Source of the DNA: Hyphomicrobiales bacterium
GTDB lineage: Bacteria > Pseudomonadota > Alphaproteobacteria > Rhizobiales > CBDCVD01
Assembly: GCA_965224015.1 (NCBI GenBank)
Contig: OZ245032.1
Coordinates: 939,201-1,003,200, forward strand
DNA length: 64,000 nt
Direction of reading: 5' to 3'
The notes under the pieces are model-generated. The model saw only the letters and a list, made by a program, of their open reading frames with translations, ran no database searches and was not told where the DNA came from. Below, in pieces: positions 9,021 to 17,629 of the stretch (positions are counted from its first letter, which is position 1; each line of letters begins with the position of its first letter). Made by a program: the position numbers and the translations under genes.

Positions 9021-10547
9021 ATGCAATCCTCAGACATTGCCGCAGGCACCCCCGGCCAAAATACACAGGGCGTATCGTCTTCGCGCCATCAGAAATTTCT
9101 TAAAGGCCCGATCATGATGCATGTCATCATCATGACCCTGTCGGGCGCCATGGGCCTTGTCGCTATCTTTTTCGTCGATCTCATTAACCTCATGTACATC
9201 CAGTGGTTGGGGGACGAGAAAAAAACAGCGGCAGTTGGATTTGCTTCGACCGTTCTATTCTTTTCCGTATCCTTTGGGGTGGGCGTTATGATCGCCGCCA
9301 CGGCCCTCGTCTCAAGGACAATCGGCGCCGGAAAACTGGAGCGCGCACGCGAATTGGCCAGCGCCAGTATGATCGTGATGGCGGTGTCGACATTGTGCTT
9401 GAGCATTGTGCTTTATATTTTTGCCTCACCGCTTCTGTTCTGGTTAGGGGCCCGCGATGAAACTCTCGTCTTCGCTACGCGGTATCTGCGCTTTGTGCTG
9501 ACGATGACCGTCCCGTTGTGTTTAGGGATCGGCCTGAGTGGAATTTTACGTGCTGTGGGAGACGCCAAGCGGTCCATGTTTGTGACCCTTTCCGGTGCTG
9601 TCGTGACATTTGTACTGGACCCGTTGTTCATTTTGGTTTTGCGGCTTGAACTCGACGGCGCCGCCTTTGTTGCCTGCCTTTCACGTCTTGTCATTCTTTT
9701 TGTAGGCATACACGGCGTTTGGCGGATTCACAAGATGTTGGCTGTCCCAAGACTGCGTCGTCTTCCCGGCGATGTCGTTGAGGTGATCCATATAGCCTTT
9801 CCCGCCGTTTTGACCAATATCGCGACCCCCGTGGCGGTGTTTATTCTGCAACACTACATGGCCGCCTATGGTGACAGCGCCATAGCCGGCTTTGCCGTCG
9901 TTGATCGTATAGTTCCGGTGGCTCTTGGAATGCTATTTGCCCTGTCGGCGTCGGTGTCGCCAATTATCGGGCAGAATTTTGGCGCGGGAGATTTTGTCCG
10001 GGTCAACCGAACGATGGGCGATGCGGCCCTCTTCACGGTCCTCTACGTGCTAACCATATGGGCTGCGTTGTTCGCCAGCCGTGAGATCATTGTCAGTGTT
10101 TTTGCTCTTGAGGGACTAGCGGCGGAACTGGTGCGGCTTTTTTGTACCTGGATGGTTCCCGGTTTTGGCTTTTTGGGGTTTTTGTTTATCGGAAATTCCG
10201 CGTTTAATACCCTGGGATATCCCCTGTTTTCGACGGCGATTAACTGGGCCCGGGCCTTGATCGGAGTGTGGCCACTCATTCTGATCGGCGGCTATTTTTA
10301 TGGCCCCCAGGGCCTGATGATGGGTTTTGCCAGCGCTAGTGTCGTCTTCGGCGGTGTCAGCCTGGCCCTTGGTTTTCACGTGATCGGGGCGCTGGCGGGT
10401 CAGCGCCAAGGTGAAAGGCGGCGAGGCTACGGCACCATTCTCATCACCCCTGGCGCGGCCAAAACCTTGACAAAAACTGAGAACCAGGTGGTGGATCCCA
10501 CCTACTCACTCCCCTTGTCGAGCCTGAGCGCCACAAAACGGTGCTGA
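9021..10547 (+). CDS. MATE-family efflux transporter
   Basis: 508 aa, about 12 predicted TM helices with a two-fold internal MatE-like organisation. The 3' end overlaps the convergent htrA by 46 bp. Confidence 0.8.
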   Translation: MQSSDIAAGTPGQNTQGVSSSRHQKFLKGPIMMHVIIMTLSGAMGLVAIFFVDLINLMYIQWLGDEKKTAAVGFASTVLFFSVSFGVGVMIAATALVSRTIGAGKLERARELASASMIVMAVSTLCLSIVLYIFASPLLFWLGARDETLVFATRYLRFVLTMTVPLCLGIGLSGILRAVGDAKRSMFVTLSGAVVTFVLDPLFILVLRLELDGAAFVACLSRLVILFVGIHGVWRIHKMLAVPRLRRLPGDVVEVIHIAFPAVLTNIATPVAVFILQHYMAAYGDSAIAGFAVVDRIVPVALGMLFALSASVSPIIGQNFGAGDFVRVNRTMGDAALFTVLYVLTIWAALFASREIIVSVFALEGLAAELVRLFCTWMVPGFGFLGFLFIGNSAFNTLGYPLFSTAINWARALIGVWPLILIGGYFYGPQGLMMGFASASVVFGGVSLALGFHVIGALAGQRQGERRRGYGTILITPGAAKTLTKTENQVVDPTYSLPLSSLSATKRC

Positions 10548-12085
10548 CCATCGGCACTGCTAACCAGAACCAGTGCCGTGCGCCGCTGCTTGCTGCGCAA
10601 ATCCTTGATCCGCTCGGCCAGATCTTGGGGCGTTTCGATTGTGTTCTGCATCACTTCGACGATCACATCACCAGGCTTGAGCCCCTTGTCCTGGGCATCC
10701 GTGCCTGGCGTCACGGCGCTCACCACAACCCCCCTGATCGCCTCCTCAATCGCATACCGTTTACGCAGGTCAGCAGACAGGGGGCTGACCGTCAGGCCCA
10801 GGACCGTAACAGCAGGATGGTCCTGATTGTTGTCGCCGGAACTCGGATCTTGTGGCACAGGCGCATCCTGCGCATCCTGCGCGTCCTGCGCGTCCTGCGC
10901 ATCCCGCCTCTCCTGCCCCTCCTGCCCCTCCTGCCCCTCCTCCTCAAGGCGTCCCAGGGTCACGGAAATTGTGCGCTTTTTGCCATCGCGCAACACCTCG
11001 ACAGCGACAACCTTGCCCACCGGCGTCAGCGCGACAATGCGCGGCAGCTCGCGCATTTTCTCGATCGATTTTCCATCAAAACTAAGTACCACATCGCCGG
11101 GCTCAAGACCGGATGCGGCCGCGGGGCCGCCCGCCTCCACGTCAGCAATAAGAACGCCGCGTGGGCGCTCAAGACCCAGACTTTCAGCGATATTGCCGGA
11201 GATTTCCTGAATATGAACCCCGAGCCAGCCGCGTCGGGTTTCACCAAATGTTTTAAGCTGCTCAATGACCGGAACCGCGAGAGATGTGGGAATGGCAAAG
11301 CCAAGGCCAATGGAGACCCCGGTTGGAGAAATGATTGCGGTATTGATGCCAACGACTTCTCCGTTCATATTAAACAAAGGACCACCGGAGTTTCCTCGAT
11401 TGATGGCAGCGTCGGTTTGGATGAAATTGTCGTAGGAGCCGACGCGAATATCACGCCCGCGTGCCGAGACAACGCCAACGGTGACAGAGCCCCCAAGAGC
11501 AAATGGATTGCCGATTGCAATCACCCAGTCACCGACCCGGATCGCCTCCGAGTCGCCAAAACGCGCCGGCACCAGCGGCTTGTCCGGTTTAACCTGAAGA
11601 ACCGCAAGGTCGGTTTTTTTGTCGCGACCCAGGATTTCCGCATCCAGTCGCGTTCCATCATTGAGAACAACGGTAATTTCGTCCGCCTCGGCGATGACAT
11701 GACTGTTGGTGACCACAATGCCGCCTGCATCAATGATAAAACCCGAGCCAAGCGCGCTCGCCTGCCCCAGAGGGCCATCACTGTCAGGGGATTGTTTATT
11801 GAAAAAATCGTCAAAAAAATCCTTGAACGGAGACCCGTCCGGCGCCTGTGGGATCGGCAGTCCCCGTCGCCCCTTAAGCTTCTGGCTGGTGGATATGTTC
11901 ACCACCGAGGCTTGTAGATCTTCAACAAGGTCGGCAACGGATTGGGGCCCACGGGCGTTCGCCGAAGGCGGCATTATTGCGAAAACGAGGCCCAACACCA
12001 GTGCAACAAAAAAACCTCTGAACATGATCACTGCCTGTGGCTTGCCTAAATTTAAATAGTGAAAGGTCTTCATATCCTTTCCCAT
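10502..12085 (-). CDS. htrA: Do-family periplasmic serine endopeptidase (DegP/HtrA) with two PDZ domains
   Basis: GNSGGPLFN active-site motif, trypsin-like core and two PDZ regions. The signal-peptide-like MFRGFFVALVLGLVFAI suggests an alternative start at 12025. Confidence 0.93.
   Translation of the reverse strand: MGKDMKTFHYLNLGKPQAVIMFRGFFVALVLGLVFAIMPPSANARGPQSVADLVEDLQASVVNISTSQKLKGRRGLPIPQAPDGSPFKDFFDDFFNKQSPDSDGPLGQASALGSGFIIDAGGIVVTNSHVIAEADEITVVLNDGTRLDAEILGRDKKTDLAVLQVKPDKPLVPARFGDSEAIRVGDWVIAIGNPFALGGSVTVGVVSARGRDIRVGSYDNFIQTDAAINRGNSGGPLFNMNGEVVGINTAIISPTGVSIGLGFAIPTSLAVPVIEQLKTFGETRRGWLGVHIQEISGNIAESLGLERPRGVLIADVEAGGPAAASGLEPGDVVLSFDGKSIEKMRELPRIVALTPVGKVVAVEVLRDGKKRTISVTLGRLEEEGQEGQEGQERRDAQDAQDAQDAQDAPVPQDPSSGDNNQDHPAVTVLGLTVSPLSADLRKRYAIEEAIRGVVVSAVTPGTDAQDKGLKPGDVIVEVMQNTIETPQDLAERIKDLRSKQRRTALVLVSSADGQHRFVALRLDKGSE
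10861..10941. repeat. Two abutting in-frame 9-bp tandem arrays inside htrA (5 + 4 units)
   Basis: GCGCATCCT-type unit x5, then GCCCCTCCT-type unit x4. On the coding strand these encode EEGQEGQEGQERRDAQDAQDAQDAQDA between the PDZ domains. Confidence 0.9.
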
Positions 12086-12162
12086 TGCCTTCGCCTCGAT
12101 ATAACTTGCATTATGACTTGGGCGTCTCCCATACCTGCAGGAATTTCAACCCACGCGATCTT

Positions 12163-12189
12163 TCTATCCTGTCTATCCTGTCTATCCTG
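12163..12189. repeat. Tandem repeat, 9-bp unit x3
   Basis: TCTATCCTG x3, between the DUF2065 gene and htrA. Confidence 0.9.
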
Positions 12190-12225
12190 TCACTACCGCA
12201 GAGGCGGCAATATCGCGATCCCCGT

Positions 12226-12411
12226 TCATCTGGTGAACAACCACACGACAAGCAGGCCGACAACAACTGCACAGGATCCTACGTTGCGTAATGCACTGTC
12301 CGGAAGCTCAAGAGTTCGGCGAAGAAGCACTTTCATTTGCGCGGGGAAAAGCGCATAAACCGCACCTTCCACCAAAAGAAGCAGTCCAACCGCCAACGCC
12401 AACTCATTCAT
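12226..12411 (-). CDS. DUF2065-family small membrane protein
   Basis: 61 aa with two TM helices, MNELALAVGLLLLVEGAVYALFP. Occupies the conserved position downstream of hflC. Confidence 0.75.
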   Translation of the reverse strand: MNELALAVGLLLLVEGAVYALFPAQMKVLLRRTLELPDSALRNVGSCAVVVGLLVVWLFTR

Positions 12412-12448
12412 CTCATCATCTTGTTCCTGTGCTCTCAGATAGCCGCTA

Positions 12449-12607
12449 GAGTGTGTCAGGTTTTAATAGAACCCATTCTGTTTCTCGATTGGCGAGGCGA
12501 TACCCAAGTTCAAGGCGATCGAAGAGCGATGTTTATCCATCTCTCAAGAGCGCCTTGGGCGTGGGCGTTGCGCCAATCGGAAACCCGAAGGGGCGCTTTT
12601 GCTATAG
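12449..12607 (+). repeat. RepB copy lacking the long-hairpin module
   Basis: GAGTGTGTCAGGTTTTAATAGAACCCATTCTGTTTCTCGATTGGCGAGGCGA...GGGGCGCTTTTGCTATAG. Confidence 0.9.
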
Positions 12608-12626
12608 CCGCAATCAGAACACACTA

Positions 12627-13526
12627 TTAAGGGTTGGGAGCGGATAACTCCCGGCCGTTGGGATCACGAAAATACCGAAAGAAGTCAGAGTTCGGAGACA
12701 GAACCATGGTTGTGCCACTGTCCTCAAGGGCCTGGGCATAGGCGATCATGGAGCGATAAAAGGCAAAAAACTCCGGATCGCGCTGGAATGCCTCGGCAAA
12801 AATGCGGTTGCGTTCGCCCTCACCCTGGCCGCGTAGAATTTCCGCTTCGCGTTGCGCCTCCGCCTCCAGTTCCACAACTTCCCTGTCGGTTGCTGCGGTG
12901 ATGCGTTTGGCTGCCTCCTTACCGCGGGCGCGAATGACTTCGGCCTCGGCCAGGCGCTCGGCACTCATGCGATCGTAGGTCTGCTGGGAAACCTCCTTGG
13001 TCAAATCTGTGCGGCGGATACGCACATCAATGATGTTTAACCCGAGGGATTCAGCTTCGGCACGAATTTGATCGCGCACTTCGCGCATCATTTCCGTGCG
13101 TTCTTCAGAAAGCGCGGCCTTAAAACTGCGCAAGCCGTAGACCCGACGCAAAGCCGAGTCGAACCGGGTTCGCAAACGTTGCTCGGCCGACAGAACACTC
13201 GCAGAGACCGCCTCACGAAACCGGCGCGGGCTGTTAATGCGATAAGTCAGGAATGCATCAACCTCATAGAACTTGCCGCCCGACACCTGAACGCGCATAT
13301 CATCAAGATCAAAGCGCATAAGGCGGTCTTCAATAATTTGAACGGTGTCAACAATATCCGTCGGAATTTTAAAGTAAATACCCGGGTCCTCAATAACCCG
13401 CCGGATCTCGCCAAAACGAAGGACCAGAGCCTGCTGACGTTCGGTCACAATGAACAGGGATGAGTAGACCACATAGGCTGCAGCCAATAGGGCTGCAAGA
13501 CCAAAAAACGATGTAAACCGGTTCAT
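12627..13526 (-). CDS. hflC: Protease modulator HflC
   Basis: 299 aa SPFH/band-7 protein with an N-terminal TM. A 4-nt overlap with hflK suggests coupling. Confidence 0.93.
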   Translation of the reverse strand: MNRFTSFFGLAALLAAAYVVYSSLFIVTERQQALVLRFGEIRRVIEDPGIYFKIPTDIVDTVQIIEDRLMRFDLDDMRVQVSGGKFYEVDAFLTYRINSPRRFREAVSASVLSAEQRLRTRFDSALRRVYGLRSFKAALSEERTEMMREVRDQIRAEAESLGLNIIDVRIRRTDLTKEVSQQTYDRMSAERLAEAEVIRARGKEAAKRITAATDREVVELEAEAQREAEILRGQGEGERNRIFAEAFQRDPEFFAFYRSMIAYAQALEDSGTTMVLSPNSDFFRYFRDPNGRELSAPNP

Positions 13527-14617
13527 TGGTTTCCTCCCACACGATTTTTATTCAACTCCGGCAATGGCAAATAGGGAACGACACCAGAGCCGCCCTGTCC
13601 GCCCTCAAGGATGACCTTGTCGGACGACTTCAGCACCCTCTCCAAGGTCTCGTAGAAAAGGCGCTGACGGGTTACTTCAGGGGCCTTGGCATACTCTTCA
13701 TGGACGGAAATAAACCGTTGCGCCTCACCCTCGGCCTCCTGCACAACACGGGCCTTGTAGCCGGCCGCCTTTTCACGAATCTCAGCCGCTTTGCCCCGTG
13801 CCACGCCAAGTTTTTCAGCGCGATAACGGTTGGCTTCTTCCTTCAGGCGTACTTCATCCTGCTCCGCGCGCTGGACTTCGTCGAAAGCATCCGCCACCTC
13901 AGGAGGCGGTGCAGAATCCTCTATATTGAGCGCCGTGATGGCCACGCCTGTTCCATGGGCGTTCAGGATTTGCTGAGCAATATCACGGACTTCTCGGGCA
14001 ATATTGTCGCGCTCATCGCGATAAATATCACCGGCGGGTCGGCGGCTAACGACCTCGCGCATCGCACTTTCGGCAACCTGACGAACCAACCCTTGCGGGT
14101 CGCGTACATTAAAAAGATAGTCCTTAGGTCTATCGATGCGCCACTGCACAGTAAATGTAACGTCCACGATATTCTGATCACCAGAAAGCATCAGGCCGGA
14201 TTCAGAGGTTCCGCCACCCCCTTTTCGTGGTCCAATATTGATCTGATTCTCGATAATTTTAACGACCTCAAGGCGTTCCATGGGCCAAAACATAAAGTGC
14301 AGCCCTGGTTGCGAAAGCTCCTCCTTGGGTTGACCAAAACGAAGCTCAACCCCAAGTTCTTCCGCCTCTATCGTATAGAACGAATTGTAAAGAAATAAGG
14401 CTACCAAACCCAACAACACCAAAAGAAAGGTAAAATTGGGAGAGCCTCCACCTTTCGGCAGAACGTTCTTCAGTTTGTCCTGGCTGCTGCGGAACAAATC
14501 ATCAAGACCGGGCTGCTCGCGCCCACGTCCGGGGCCTGAGCCCGAGCCGGGCCCGGACGGCCCTCCGCCCCACGGTCCGCCGCTGCCACCATTACCGGAA
14601 TTATCACTCCAGGGCAT
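13523..14617 (-). CDS. hflK: Protease modulator HflK
   Basis: 364 aa with a Gly-rich N-terminus (GNGGSGGPWGGGPSGPGSG), a TM segment and an SPFH domain. Confidence 0.93.
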   Translation of the reverse strand: MPWSDNSGNGGSGGPWGGGPSGPGSGSGPGRGREQPGLDDLFRSSQDKLKNVLPKGGGSPNFTFLLVLLGLVALFLYNSFYTIEAEELGVELRFGQPKEELSQPGLHFMFWPMERLEVVKIIENQINIGPRKGGGGTSESGLMLSGDQNIVDVTFTVQWRIDRPKDYLFNVRDPQGLVRQVAESAMREVVSRRPAGDIYRDERDNIAREVRDIAQQILNAHGTGVAITALNIEDSAPPPEVADAFDEVQRAEQDEVRLKEEANRYRAEKLGVARGKAAEIREKAAGYKARVVQEAEGEAQRFISVHEEYAKAPEVTRQRLFYETLERVLKSSDKVILEGGQGGSGVVPYLPLPELNKNRVGGNQ

Positions 14618-14730
14618 CTGCTCTCCTTAAGTCCTCTGACATTCCTGTCAACAATTCTCAAGCCACTGACGGCGCAACAACGAGACTATCATAACATGAA
14701 TCCTCGTCGCTGAATTGACGCGCACAACCG

Positions 14731-14761
14731 TCGATACCATCGATACCATCGATACCATCGA
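14731..14761. repeat. Tandem repeat, 9-bp unit x3.4
   Basis: TCGATACCA x3, then TCGA. Confidence 0.9.
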
Positions 14762-14820
14762 GCCAGTAGCCGCACCCATCCTGTACAATCAACCCTATCC
14801 CTTTGCACAATCACTTGGCA

Positions 14821-14858
14821 TTATTCGTGGCACACACCTTTATTCGTGGCACACACCT
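14821..14858. repeat. Tandem repeat, 19-bp unit x2
   Basis: TTATTCGTGGCACACACCT x2, perfect. Confidence 0.9.
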
Positions 14859-14967
14859 TTTGTGCCCATGCTGGTCCCTTGTAGACGATAACCTTACTTA
14901 CCACCCTTGGTACCTTACAATTGTGTACTGCATGTTAAGACCTGCCGCCTGATGTCTCCAGAACAGC

Positions 14968-15096
14968 GGGAAACGTCTATTTGTGGCCTGCCCGATCCGC
15001 CTCCCCTTGCCCCATCACCCCTAAGGCACCATTTTACCCGCGGCCCAAGCCGGGGGTGCGGGCAGGGTGAGGCCGGTCAATAGAGTTGCCCAGCTC
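14968..15096 (+). repeat. RepC copy (long form)
   Basis: Starts GGGAAACGTCTATTTGTGGCCTGCCC and ends GGTGAGGCCGGTCAATAGAGTTGCCCAGCTC. Confidence 0.7.
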
Positions 15097-15342
15097 GATG
15101 TTCCTATACGCATGCTGCCATAGTGCCAATCCCGTATTCATATCCCTTACTCAATGCCATATCCCCGTCGTACCGACATCCAAGGGGTGCGCTGTTAAGG
15201 GTTTAAGTACACGACTTAAGATATAGGCAAGCAAACACCGCATTGCAACGCCTGGCGAGACCGAAACCAGGGCCAATGCCGCGAGGAGAGCGCGTTGCTG
15301 CTGCGAGAGTAATTTCAACGTGGAAGCTTTTGCCATAAAATG

Positions 15343-15444
15343 ATACCAGCGGTATGGGATTTATAGACACGCCGGCTGGGGTGGGGCCTTGATAACACAC
15401 CGGATTGACGCTAATCCATAAGCCCTTGTCAAGGCCTTTGGTAT
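15343..15444 (+). repeat. RepA copy (divergent subfamily)
   Basis: ATACCAGCGGTATGGGATTTATAGACACGCCGGCTGGGGTGGGGCCTTGATAACA...GTCAAGGCCTTTGGTAT. Confidence 0.85.
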
Positions 15445-15476
15445 GAGAGGTACTTAACATCATCCCCCGTGCAGAG

Positions 15477-15674
15477 GTGATCGGATTGAATGTTTTGATT
15501 GTTCTTGTTCCTGCCGCACTGGCACTGGGTGCGCTGGGCTTGCTGGCATTTTTATGGTCTGAGCGTCATGGTCAGTTTGATGATCTGGACGGCGCGGCGT
15601 GGCGCGTTCTTGATGATGACGAACATCCGAGCGACGGTAGAGACGGTAGAGACGTGGATAGGGATGAAAGCTAG
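15477..15674 (+). CDS. ccoS: cbb3-type cytochrome oxidase maturation protein CcoS/FixS
   Basis: 65 aa, LIVLVPAALALGALGLLAFLWSERHGQFDDLDGAAWRVLDDDE matches the CcoS signature (single TM + GQ(F/Y)DDLDG). A TTG at 15486 preceded by AGGTG is an alternative start. Confidence 0.85.
   Translation: MIGLNVLIVLVPAALALGALGLLAFLWSERHGQFDDLDGAAWRVLDDDEHPSDGRDGRDVDRDES
15633..15654. repeat. In-frame 9-bp tandem repeat x2.4 in the ccoS tail
   Basis: GACGGTAGA GACGGTAGA GACG encodes DGRDGRD. Confidence 0.8.
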
Positions 15675-15906
15675 ATCAGCTTGGCGTTAGTTGTACCCAT
15701 TTTGCTATGGGGACACCTAAACGTATAAGGCTGAGCGCCCTCTAAATCTATAGCAAAAGCGCCCCTTCGGGTTTGCGATTGGCGCAACGCCCACGCCCAA
15801 GCCGCTTTTGAGAGATGGACAAGCATCGCTCTTCGATCGCCTTGAACTTGGGGATCGCCTCGCCAATCGAGACACAGAATGGATTCTATTAAAACCTGAC
15901 ACGCTC
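15674..15906 (-). repeat. RepB full-length copy
   Basis: GATCAGCTTGGCGTTAGTTGTACCC...GGGGACACCTAAACGTATAAGGCTGAGC, then CTCTAAATCTATAGCAAAAGCG...CCTGACACGCTC. It begins at the last base of the ccoS stop codon. Confidence 0.9.
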
Positions 15907-16029
15907 TCTAATGCGTCGAGATTGACAAGCCCCTCCAAGCAGGTTACAGCAATGCACAAATTTGCACAAGATGTGACGTGGTGGCCGGCAAGAGAGCCAT
16001 AGGATCGCCAAGCGTCCTTGCAATAGATG

Positions 16030-16116
16030 GCCCAGGTGGCGAAATTGGTAGACGCGCTAGCTTCAGGTGCTAGTGGCCGTATGGTCGTGGAAGTTCGAGT
16101 CTTCTCCTGGGCACCA
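16030..16116 (+). tRNA. tRNA-Leu (anticodon CAG)
   Basis: GCCCAGGTGGCGAAATTGGTAGACGC...: 7-bp acceptor stem GCCCAGG/CCTGGGC, anticodon arm CTAGC-TTCAGGT-GCTAG, long variable arm, TPsiC GTTCGAGTC, encoded CCA. Confidence 0.93.
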
Positions 16117-16148
16117 TAATTTGAAAAACGCAATAAAGCCAAAAAGTT

Positions 16149-16189
16149 ATATCAGCGATATGGGATTTTTGTACACGCTGACTTGTGGG
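16149..16189 (+). repeat. RepA 5'-half fragment (degenerate)
   Basis: ATATCAGCGATATGGGATTTTTGTACACGCTGACTTGTGGG, compare the 15343 copy. Confidence 0.6.
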
Positions 16190-16382
16190 CGTCTCTATTT
16201 GCGACCTGGCCAGCCCTCCCTCGTCCCAACTACCCATAAAACAGTACCCTATGGAGTCCCTCGTTATCCCATTTCGGCCTCGTGAAGCCATTCATCTGAT
16301 AATTGCTTGTCTCCGGCGCCGTTGCATGAAAAGGAACCGATAAAACATGATAAAAAGGTCCTTATCCAGAACACCGGTTAGG

Positions 16383-16907
16383 CTATAAACTGCGCGCTGG
16401 GCCCGCAGGCGCCCTGACATAGGTCGTGCGTGTGCAATCGATCGGGGGTCCGGGGACCCTTTCGCTTTCCATCACCCGCCACACCTCAAAGTCGATCACA
16501 GGAAACATGACATCCCCCCGCACTTTCTTATGTACGTGGGTGATGTAGAGGCGATCTGCACTGGCAAAGGTCTGGGCGTAGACCTCCCCTCCCCCGATGA
16601 TCATCATTTCCTTCGCTCCGCTTTCGCGCGCCAGGCGATCTGCAAGCCTCAGAGCCTCAGGAACGCTGCTTACAACCAAAACCCCATCAATGGTCAGGCC
16701 CTGACGGCGGGAAATGACAATATTAGGGCGCCTGTCAAGAGGCTTGCCCACACTCTCATATTGCTTTCGCCCCATGATGATTGGCTTACCCAGGGTCATG
16801 GCGCGAAAGTACTTCATGTCCGACGAAATGTGCCAGGGCATTCCCCCATCGACGCCGATGACGCCGTTGTCGCTGACGGCGGCAATAAGGGCAACCGGTG
16901 TTTTCAT
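16383..16907 (-). CDS. folA: Dihydrofolate reductase
   Basis: 174 aa, IAAVSDNGVIGVDGGMPWHISSDMKYFRAMTLGKPIIMGRKQYES...GGGEVY. Confidence 0.93.
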   Translation of the reverse strand: MKTPVALIAAVSDNGVIGVDGGMPWHISSDMKYFRAMTLGKPIIMGRKQYESVGKPLDRRPNIVISRRQGLTIDGVLVVSSVPEALRLADRLARESGAKEMMIIGGGEVYAQTFASADRLYITHVHKKVRGDVMFPVIDFEVWRVMESERVPGPPIDCTRTTYVRAPAGPARSL

Positions 16908-16937
16908 TGTTGCGTCCTAAAAGGATTGAAGCCAGCA

Positions 16938-17621
16938 TCAGGCGTCTTGCAAGACAATATGCAACCGCCGGGGACCATGGGCGCCGAGCAACAGGGTCTG
17001 CTCGATATCAGCTGAGCGCGACGGCCCGGTCACCAGGTTCACGCACCGGGGCATGTCCTGGCTATGATGCGCACTAGCACCGCGCAAACGCTCCCACGCC
17101 GCCTCCATGGCGCCAACAATATCCCCGCGCGCCACAACAACAATATGGGTGTCTGGTAAAAAATTCAACGTAGTCGGATTGTCTGGCCCCGAACCCAGCA
17201 TGATCGTTCCGGATTCGGCAATGGCGGCAACCCCGTAAGACACGGCAACCGGATCATCACCGGAACTGGCACCCTGTGAAATGCTCAACATCGGCGCCGT
17301 CTCCCAAGGCAGATCGGCAAGCCGTTCATCAGCCCCCATGCGGCACATCCTGGGCAAGTTGTGAGCACGTAGATAGCCCATAATCGCCGCAACCACCCCG
17401 GCACCATCGCTGACTTGGTCCAGGGTTGCCTGAGCATTTTGCGCATTCTTGATAAACCGCTCAACAAGGGTGCTGGCGTCGCCTTTTGCCATGATCGGCG
17501 TAATGCCATCTGGAGGGTTACGCAGGCGCGCAGAAACATCTTCTCTACGAAAAGCCTCGTCTCCACGCACGCCAAGCGCACGGCGAATACCTGCAAGAAT
17601 GGTTGCCCGTTGATCGCTCAT
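16938..17621 (-). CDS. lutC: Lactate utilisation protein C (LUD domain)
   Basis: LUD-domain protein following lutA and lutB. ATG at 17621 gives MSDQRATILAGIRRAL. The ORF-track start at 17645 is a TTG that overlaps lutB. Confidence 0.8.
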   Translation of the reverse strand: MSDQRATILAGIRRALGVRGDEAFRREDVSARLRNPPDGITPIMAKGDASTLVERFIKNAQNAQATLDQVSDGAGVVAAIMGYLRAHNLPRMCRMGADERLADLPWETAPMLSISQGASSGDDPVAVSYGVAAIAESGTIMLGSGPDNPTTLNFLPDTHIVVVARGDIVGAMEAAWERLRGASAHHSQDMPRCVNLVTGPSRSADIEQTLLLGAHGPRRLHIVLQDA

Positions 17622-17629
17622 GGGCGCGC

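Noticed and set aside
15717-16142. 141-aa minus-strand ORF
   Set aside because: Its 5' part is antisense to tRNA-Leu (the typical ...EKTRTSTTIRPLAPEASAS... artefact) and its 3' part is RepB. Likewise 47070-47270 is antisense to tRNA-Gln.
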